This document shows, in pieces, positions 56,036-64,000 of a stretch of 64,000 nucleotides of DNA (position 1 is the first letter of the stretch; each line of letters opens with the position of its first letter). The stretch is from Planctomycetota bacterium (lineage in GTDB: Bacteria > Planctomycetota > UBA1135 > UBA2386). The DNA is taken from the NCBI GenBank assembly GCA_965223545.1, contig OZ245006.1, forward strand, positions 1,824,001 through 1,888,000. The letters run 5' to 3'. The notes under the pieces were generated by a model. It had not been told where the DNA came from. It worked only from the letters and a program-made list of their open reading frames with translations, and did not search any database. The translations under genes and the position numbers were made by a program.

Positions 56036-59000
56036 ATGGACCAGGACCGCTACCGACGCATCAAGCAGCTGTTCGATGCGGCCTGCGCGCGGCCGGCCTC
56101 GGACCGCGCCGCGTTCTTGGCCGAACAATGCGGTGACGACGCGGCCTTGCGGCGGTCCGTCGAGGAGCTCTTGCAGATCGACGGCACCGACGCCGGGGAC
56201 GCCCTGGACCAGGCGGTTGCACGCACTACCGGCGAAGCGCGCGCCGAGGTGGCCACGATGCCGGGTCAGATCGGTCGCTACCGGGTCGTCGGCGTCTGCG
56301 GCATTGGCGGCATGGGGACGGTGTACGAAGCCGAGCAGGACGCGCCGCGTCGCCGCGTGGCGATCAAGGTGGTACAGCGCGGCATGCCGCACCGTGGCGT
56401 CATCCGCCGCTTCCACCGTGAAGCCGAGATCCTGGGCCGCCTCCAACATCCCGGCATCGCCCAGATCTTCGAGGCCGGTGAGTTCGAGCAAGACGGTCTC
56501 CGCCGGCCGTTCTTCGCCATGGAGTTCGTGCAGGGCCCGTCGGTGCTCGAGTTCGCGCGACGCCACCGGCTGACGCCGGCGGCACGCCAGAGGCTGTTTC
56601 TGCGCATCTGTGACGCGGTGCACTACGCCCACGAGCACGGCGTCGTGCACCGCGACCTGAAGCCCGACAACATCCTCGTCCTCGAGCAGGCCGACCCATC
56701 CGATGGCTCGCGCGCGCCGGATGGCCAACCGATCGTCCTCGACTTCGGTGTCGCCCGACTGGTCGACGGCGAAGCGCACACGCTCGCCACCGGCGAAGGC
56801 CAGCTGATAGGCTCGCTGCCCTACATGAGCCCCGAGCAAGCCGCCGGCGACAACAGCGCCGTCGATGCCCGCAGCGACGTCTACTCGCTTGGCGTGGTGC
56901 TGTTCGAGCTGCTGACCGGGAAACTGCCCTACGACGTGCGCACCGCCCCCCTGGTCGAGGCGTTGCGCATCATCCGCGAGCGCGAGCCGACCCGCTTGGC
57001 CAGCGCGGATCCGCGACTGCGCGGCGATCTCGAGATCATCACCGCCAAGACCCTCGAGAAGGACCCGGCGCGCCGCTACGAGTCGGCACAGGCGCTGGCG
57101 GAGGACCTGCGACGGCACCTCGAACGGCAACCGATCCGAGCGCGCGCACCGAGCACGTGGTACCAGCTGCGCAAGTTCGCGCACCGCAACCGGGCGGTGG
57201 TCGGCGGAGTCGTCGCCAGCTTCCTGGCGTTGGTCGTCGGCCTGATCGTTGCGGTGATCTTCGCGATCCACGCCACCGAGAACGAACAGCGTGCCGTCAG
57301 GAATGCGTACCGCTCGGCCCTTGCCGCCGCCAACGCCCTGCTCCACCGCGACCCGCTCGCCGCGCGCTCGACCCTGGACGATGTGCCGCCACCGCAACGC
57401 GGCTGGGAATGGCGGTATCTCGACAGCCGACTGCGCCCAAAGCTGCTCGAGTTCGGCACTACGACCGGCGACGGCCCGTTGGTGGTCATCGCCGATGGCG
57501 GTCAAGTGCTTGCACCCCGCGACGATCGCCGGCTCAGCCGCTGGGAACTCGCAACCGGCGCCGAGCTCGGTTCGCGGACCGCGCCGGGAGTGGTGCAGCG
57601 GTGGGGGGCCAGCCCCGACGGAGACCGCGTGGCCGCGGCACTGCAGGACGGCTCCGTGGTTGTCAGCGAAGGCGAAGATGACTCCGCCTGGCAGCAGTGG
57701 CTTCGCTGCGAGGCCCCCGTCGATCAGCTCGTGTTCTCGCCCGACGGCTCGACTCTGGCGGTCTTGGAGCACGACAGGCTGTGGCTGGGCAACCGCGACC
57801 GGAACTTCACGCAAGCCGCCCTGCCCAAACGCCGCTTCCCATTGCGGGCAGCCTTTGACCCGACCGGCACGCGTTTGATCGTGTTGACCAACGGCCGTTC
57901 CTCGATGTTCCACACCACCGATCTCACTCGACTGGCGACGAGGTACGAACCCGACGGACCGCGCTCGGTGACGTTCTCCCCCGACGGGACGCGCATCGTG
58001 ATCGGCACGACCCAGCGAACGATCCGCAGCCTCGATGGGCGCGATCTGCAGCGGCGCCAGCTCCTCGCCGGCCACAGCCGACCGGTCATCGACCTCGCCT
58101 CGGCGGCCGACGGCCGACTCCTCTCGGCGTCGACGGACGGCACGATCAGGGTGTGGACGGACGACGAGGCAACGTCGGTTCTGCCGGCACCGGGCGTGCT
58201 CCGCGCGACGTTCGCGACCGCAGACCGGATCGTCTCGTCCAACGGAAAACAGCTGAGCTTGTGGACTTTGGCGACCGACGAGCGGCGCACGCTGCGCGGG
58301 CATGGCGGGTATGTGTACGAACTCGCGTTCTCGGGCGACGGCAGCCTGCTGGCCTCGCACGCGCCATTCCGCAAGGAGCTGATGCTGTGGGACACGGCAT
58401 CGGGCCGTTTGTTGGCACAACACGCCACTGACCTCCAGCACATCGACAGTTTGTTCTTCGAAGAGGGCGGCGGCCTTCGGCTCGGCTTGAGTCCGCGCAA
58501 CTTCACTCAACCGTGGCACGGGGGGGTCGCCGTCGAGCAGCCACGGCCCGCATCGATCACCCACGGTTGGTTCGCCCGACACGACGTCTTCACCACCGCT
58601 GAGACCAGCCTGCCGTGGCCTACGCCCCACGCGGTGCACTCGTTTCGCATCGAGCACGGAGTCCACGCGGACGGCACGCCGGCGCGCGTCTTCGTCGACG
58701 GTTCGGCACGCACCACCGAGCCTCGAAACCTCTCGTATTCCCCCCGACCTGCCGAACGACCGGTTCTTCTGGTCGGCAGCGGGGGCCCCCACCCGGCGCC
58801 GATGCTCGGCTGGATCGGTGACCTGATCGTGATCGACGACTGGCTGACCGAAGACGACGCGGCCACGGTGGAGGCCTATCTGCGACAGCGGCGCAGCGGA
58901 GCGGACGTCGCGTTGCCGCCGCTCGCCGACGCCGAAGTCATCGCCCACTTTCGCGCGGATGACGAGACGGTGGCGACGCTCGACGACGGCGACACTCCCA

Positions 59001-59974
59001 CGACCTCGGTGCACACCTGGCGCGCCACCAACGATCCCCGCCTGGTGCTGTTGGCCACCGGCGATCCACCGCGCTCGATCCGGTTCCTCGACGCGAGTGA
59101 TTCCCTCCCCCAACGCGTCGAGTTCTCCAATCTCCACAGCCATGCGCGCTGGCTCGAAACCCCACTGCCAGCTGCTGCCGGCCGACCGCGCATCACCGTC
59201 TGCTGGCAAGGCCAGCACACGGACTCGTGGCTCAGCCCGCGCTCGACGACGTACGCGATCCGCGACATGTGCGTGCATTCCAATGGCTGGCAGAACGCCT
59301 CGACTCGCCGGATCAGCATGGGTCGATCGCGCAGCGCCGATGGCCGCTTCATCGCGCAGAGCACGACCAAGTGGCCCCGCACGGCACGGCTGCGCGACGC
59401 TCGCACCGGCGCGCTGCTGGCCGACTACCGCACCGACGAGACACGCTACTACGGCGTTGCCCTCGCTCCCCAAGGCGACGTCCTGGCCTGTGGCGGTGCC
59501 AATGGCAGACTCGACATCTGGGACACGAGCACCCACCAGCGGCGGGCATCGATTGCGGCCCACGACGGCCCGGTCTACGCCGTCGACTGGTCACCCGACG
59601 GCAGCCGGATCGCCACCGGCGGCAACGACACGTCGATCCGGATCTGGGACGCGACGACCCTGGAGCCGCTGCTCGACTTGCGCGATCACGACCTCTACGT
59701 CAAGGCCGTCGCCTTCAGCCCCGACGGCTCCATGCTGGCATCCGCCTCCGGCGACGGAACCGTGCGCCTCTGGGACTCGGTGCCCGCAACCGTGCGTTAC
59801 GACAAGGTGCGCGCCGCGCTGCCGCTGGAGGCGGAGGTCGCGCCGCGAGTGCGCGCCTGGATCGCGGAACTCGGCAAACACGAGGCGATCGCGATGGCGA
59901 TCGACGAACACTACGCCGGCGATGCGGCGCGGCGGCAAGCAGCCCTGACGGTGCTGGCCTTGAGTCGGCGTTGA
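56036..59974 (+). CDS. Ser/Thr protein kinase with TM helix and WD40 repeats
   Basis: GIGGMGTVY, VAIK, HRDLKPDN, DFGVA, YMSPEQ, DVYSLG; TM; GWEWRY; many GH...FSPDG...D.TVRLWD repeats. Confidence 0.95.
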   Translation: MDQDRYRRIKQLFDAACARPASDRAAFLAEQCGDDAALRRSVEELLQIDGTDAGDALDQAVARTTGEARAEVATMPGQIGRYRVVGVCGIGGMGTVYEAEQDAPRRRVAIKVVQRGMPHRGVIRRFHREAEILGRLQHPGIAQIFEAGEFEQDGLRRPFFAMEFVQGPSVLEFARRHRLTPAARQRLFLRICDAVHYAHEHGVVHRDLKPDNILVLEQADPSDGSRAPDGQPIVLDFGVARLVDGEAHTLATGEGQLIGSLPYMSPEQAAGDNSAVDARSDVYSLGVVLFELLTGKLPYDVRTAPLVEALRIIREREPTRLASADPRLRGDLEIITAKTLEKDPARRYESAQALAEDLRRHLERQPIRARAPSTWYQLRKFAHRNRAVVGGVVASFLALVVGLIVAVIFAIHATENEQRAVRNAYRSALAAANALLHRDPLAARSTLDDVPPPQRGWEWRYLDSRLRPKLLEFGTTTGDGPLVVIADGGQVLAPRDDRRLSRWELATGAELGSRTAPGVVQRWGASPDGDRVAAALQDGSVVVSEGEDDSAWQQWLRCEAPVDQLVFSPDGSTLAVLEHDRLWLGNRDRNFTQAALPKRRFPLRAAFDPTGTRLIVLTNGRSSMFHTTDLTRLATRYEPDGPRSVTFSPDGTRIVIGTTQRTIRSLDGRDLQRRQLLAGHSRPVIDLASAADGRLLSASTDGTIRVWTDDEATSVLPAPGVLRATFATADRIVSSNGKQLSLWTLATDERRTLRGHGGYVYELAFSGDGSLLASHAPFRKELMLWDTASGRLLAQHATDLQHIDSLFFEEGGGLRLGLSPRNFTQPWHGGVAVEQPRPASITHGWFARHDVFTTAETSLPWPTPHAVHSFRIEHGVHADGTPARVFVDGSARTTEPRNLSYSPRPAERPVLLVGSGGPHPAPMLGWIGDLIVIDDWLTEDDAATVEAYLRQRRSGADVALPPLADAEVIAHFRADDETVATLDDGDTPTTSVHTWRATNDPRLVLLATGDPPRSIRFLDASDSLPQRVEFSNLHSHARWLETPLPAAAGRPRITVCWQGQHTDSWLSPRSTTYAIRDMCVHSNGWQNASTRRISMGRSRSADGRFIAQSTTKWPRTARLRDARTGALLADYRTDETRYYGVALAPQGDVLACGGANGRLDIWDTSTHQRRASIAAHDGPVYAVDWSPDGSRIATGGNDTSIRIWDATTLEPLLDLRDHDLYVKAVAFSPDGSMLASASGDGTVRLWDSVPATVRYDKVRAALPLEAEVAPRVRAWIAELGKHEAIAMAIDEHYAGDAARRQAALTVLALSRR

Positions 59975-59992
59975 GTTGCGCGTGGCTGGCCA

Positions 59993-61264
59993 TCAGACCG
60001 AAGCGCGCCGCCACTCCAGCACGCGGTCGGCGCACTCGTCCGCCGCCTGTAGGCACTCGGCGATCAGCCAGTAGCGGAACAGGCCGGTGCGGCCGGAGAG
60101 AAACAGGTTGGGGACCGCGGTCTCGTGCTGCAGTCCCTGAAAGATGCGCTCGTCGGCGGCGGCCATGATCGGATACGCATTCGGCTGCCACGCGGTATCG
60201 ACACCGCGCACGGCCGCGACAGGGATGCCGTAGAACCGGCACAACTGCTCGACCACGACGTCCTCTGCCGGCTCGTTGACGGGCTCGCCGTCATGACCGA
60301 GCTCGGCACAAACGACGAACTCATCGGCCTCGCAGTGCTCGGGCCAGTAGGTCTTCGGGATGCCGATACGGTAGAAGCTGTAGTCGGTCTCGGGGACGTA
60401 GGCCAGCATGCTCGGCCGGAAGTGCCCCATCGCCACCCGACACATGACGAAGCGCAAGTGCCGGTAGCGCAGGCTCGCCAACGACGCCATCTCGGGAACC
60501 GCCGCCAACAGCCGCCCGAGCGCATCGAGTGGAATCGTCGAGACGACGACGTCGGGTCGCAGCACGTGCTCGCCGGCAACGACGCGGACGATGCGGCCGC
60601 CTTCGGTGTCGATGCGGGTCACCGGGCTGCGCAAGTGGACCGCGCCCGACACGTCGCGGATCAGCGGTTGGAGCGCGTCGACGATGCCGCGCCGCGGCTG
60701 ATAGGCCTCGGCGTAGTGGTAGATGTTGCCGCGCGGCAGCCGCAGCTGCCGCACCATCGCGCCGATCCGCGGCGCGCGCAAGCGCTGCAGCGCCCACTGC
60801 CGTGACAGACTGCGCAGCGACTTGCCGAGCCATTTCGTGACGATCGGCTCCAGGACTTCGTCGACGACCGCGCGGCCGTAGTTCTGGCAGAGGTAGTCGT
60901 AGCTGTTGTCCTCGGGGCGGGCGCGGACCGCGCGCTTCGCCTGCGCACCGATCGCCGAGACGAGGTAGCGCGGCCGCTTGAGCAAGCCCTTCGGGTAGTC
61001 GACCAGGCCGTTCGGCAACCGGCATTGCTGGCGAAAGTCGACGGCGACGCAGTCTTCGAGACACTCGAGCCGGCGAGCGGTCGCGGCGCGCAGCGAGTGC
61101 ATTCCGATGTCGACGAAGGCACGCGAGTTGCGGAGGTGGTGGGTCTTGGCGAGGCCGCCGGTCTCGCCAGCGGCCTCGACGACGTCGACGTGCATGCCGG
61201 CAAGGCTCAGCCGCTGAGCCACCGCCAAGCCGGATACGCCGGCGCCCAGGACCAAGCACTGCAC
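59993..61264 (-). CDS. NAD(P)/FAD-dependent oxidoreductase (protoporphyrinogen oxidase/UDP-galactopyranose mutase-like superfamily)
   Basis: GAGVSG, EAAGETGGLAKT, DIGMH, VVSTIPL, AYP, GRTGLFRY. Confidence 0.8.
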   Translation of the reverse strand: MQCLVLGAGVSGLAVAQRLSLAGMHVDVVEAAGETGGLAKTHHLRNSRAFVDIGMHSLRAATARRLECLEDCVAVDFRQQCRLPNGLVDYPKGLLKRPRYLVSAIGAQAKRAVRARPEDNSYDYLCQNYGRAVVDEVLEPIVTKWLGKSLRSLSRQWALQRLRAPRIGAMVRQLRLPRGNIYHYAEAYQPRRGIVDALQPLIRDVSGAVHLRSPVTRIDTEGGRIVRVVAGEHVLRPDVVVSTIPLDALGRLLAAVPEMASLASLRYRHLRFVMCRVAMGHFRPSMLAYVPETDYSFYRIGIPKTYWPEHCEADEFVVCAELGHDGEPVNEPAEDVVVEQLCRFYGIPVAAVRGVDTAWQPNAYPIMAAADERIFQGLQHETAVPNLFLSGRTGLFRYWLIAECLQAADECADRVLEWRRASV

Positions 61265-61380
61265 GGGGCCATCGTCGCAGGGACGCGGCGGCGGGAACAG
61301 GCCACCGAGAAGGTCGACCGAGAAGGTCGATCCCTGGGACGTTTCGGCGCCAGCCTACCGGTCTCCTGGAGTGCCTCTTC

Positions 61381-61609
61381 ATGCGCATCGCACCCACGAC
61401 CCTCGCCTCCCTCCTCGCCACCAGGGGCCTGTTGGCGCAGGCCGTCGACCTTCGGCGCGCGGCCCGGGCACCGACAGGCGGTGGCGACCGCGATCAACGC
61501 GAGCGGCGAGATCGTCGGGACGTTGACGCTGCAGGCGTTGGTGCTGGATGGTGCGGCGCCGAACGGTCTATTCAGCGCGACGCAGGGCCTCGAGGTGGAG
61601 GTTCGGTGA
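61381..61609 (+). pseudogene. Remnant of a secreted HAF-repeat protein (frameshift plus large internal deletion)
   Basis: Signal peptide ending GLLAQ; removing one T at 61451-61452 restores DLGARPGHRQAVATAINASGEIVG (HAF-like repeat) joined directly to a C-terminal tail TLQALVLD..NGLFSATQGLEVEVR. Confidence 0.65.
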
Positions 61610-61704
61610 GGGTGTGGTGCCGCTTCGCTACTTCTCGCGGTGCAGTCGAAACGAGCCCGTCTCTTCGGCGATCCTGAGATCGGGCCGCCGTCGAGCCGCA
61701 GCGA

Positions 61705-62532
61705 TCAGCGCCGCCTGTCGAACCACCATCCTGTCATCGCGTCGCCGGTCACGATGCCGTGGACACCACCCTCGTGGTCGGAGAAGCCGACGACGACGTG
61801 GTTGCCGAAGACACGTGCCGTGCATGGTGACACCGGGAACCCCGACAGAGCGAGCCGCGCGGAGACCGGCGCACTCGGATCGCCATCATCGATCGCAAGT
61901 GCGCACGGCATCTTTCCTTCCCGATCTGCCGAGCTGTGGGCCTCACCGGTCCAGCGTGACGCGAACAGTTGTTCTGCGGCGGCCGGGTCGGCCAGTTCAA
62001 TCGTGAAGTCGCCCTCGAACGACCCGCTCTCGGTGTACCAAGCTCCGCAGATCGCGGACGGGGTGAACTTGCCGCGATAGACGGCTCGATCTCGGCTGAG
62101 AGCGTCCTCGAAGTCGACCACGATGCGAACGTGGCCTTCGTCGAAGCGCGAGTTGAACCCCGCTCCACTCGGGAACGCGGCGTTGTAAAGGGTCCCGATC
62201 GCCACCGCAGAGTCCGGCGGAGCTTCGAAGCGAAACACGATGGGGGCAGCGTGCTCGACACCGTTCGTGCTCGCGAGCCCGACCCAGATCGGCTCTGGGG
62301 CCTCGGCCGGGTCTGGAACGGCATCCCCGGACGGCGACTTGGAGAAGGCACTGGCCGCGCCGAAGATCTTGCTCAGCGCATCCGTGAACTGTCCAACGCC
62401 AATCACGATCACGGCAACGACGATGATCACGCTCCACACTTTGTGGTTTCGAAACCACGCGATGAGGGCGGCATCACGCGTCTGCGTAGGGTCGGCACCC
62501 CTGCGACCGGGATCTCGATGCTCTGCACTCAT
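61705..62532 (-). CDS. Hypothetical bitopic membrane protein
   Basis: 275-aa ORF with TM VWSVIIVVAVIVIGVG; no family recognised. Confidence 0.6.
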   Translation of the reverse strand: MSAEHRDPGRRGADPTQTRDAALIAWFRNHKVWSVIIVVAVIVIGVGQFTDALSKIFGAASAFSKSPSGDAVPDPAEAPEPIWVGLASTNGVEHAAPIVFRFEAPPDSAVAIGTLYNAAFPSGAGFNSRFDEGHVRIVVDFEDALSRDRAVYRGKFTPSAICGAWYTESGSFEGDFTIELADPAAAEQLFASRWTGEAHSSADREGKMPCALAIDDGDPSAPVSARLALSGFPVSPCTARVFGNHVVVGFSDHEGGVHGIVTGDAMTGWWFDRRR

Positions 62533-62556
62533 GGCTTCGGTGGCGAGAAAATCGAG

Positions 62557-63999
<1,443 letters not shown>

Positions 64000-64000
64000 A

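Noticed and set aside
58520..58526. G7 tracts (here and 46993-46999) as phase-variation sites
   Set aside because: Short for slippage, frame intact, and expected by chance at this GC content.

Overview
High-GC bacterial chromosomal window, most likely from an uncultured Planctomycetota lineage (inferred from the TIGR02999-type ECF sigma/Ser-Thr kinase pair, an ECF sigma fused to a membrane/extracytoplasmic extension, and a DUF1080 protein). It holds about 45 CDS, one tRNA-Glu(TTC), and no recognisable integrase, transposase or CRISPR array. Main blocks: (1) envelope genes (LAB_N, TMTC-like GT-C, DUF1615, SGNH, MFS); (2) a ~19 kb co-oriented minus-strand operon, largely translationally coupled: FHA protein, PilM-PilN fusion, PilO-like, TPR protein, five prepilin-like genes in the order G-H-K-J-I (the K-type is a 1751-aa giant with a repeated module), a secreted Cys4 protein, a parvulin and scpB; (3) TSUP transporter, flavin halogenase-like enzyme and MBOAT-SGNH fusion; (4) a Ser/Thr kinase divergent from a single-AAA ClpA/C-type ATPase; (5) a hidden secreted EF-hand/iodothyronine-deiodinase-like selenoprotein (in-frame UGA plus SECIS-like hairpin) that the ORF track splits in two; (6) an ECF sigma/STK-WD40 pair; (7) the 3' part of maeB. 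Several unrelated secreted proteins share a similar C-terminal domain, a candidate sorting signal. All family calls come from reading motifs by eye, not from database searches.
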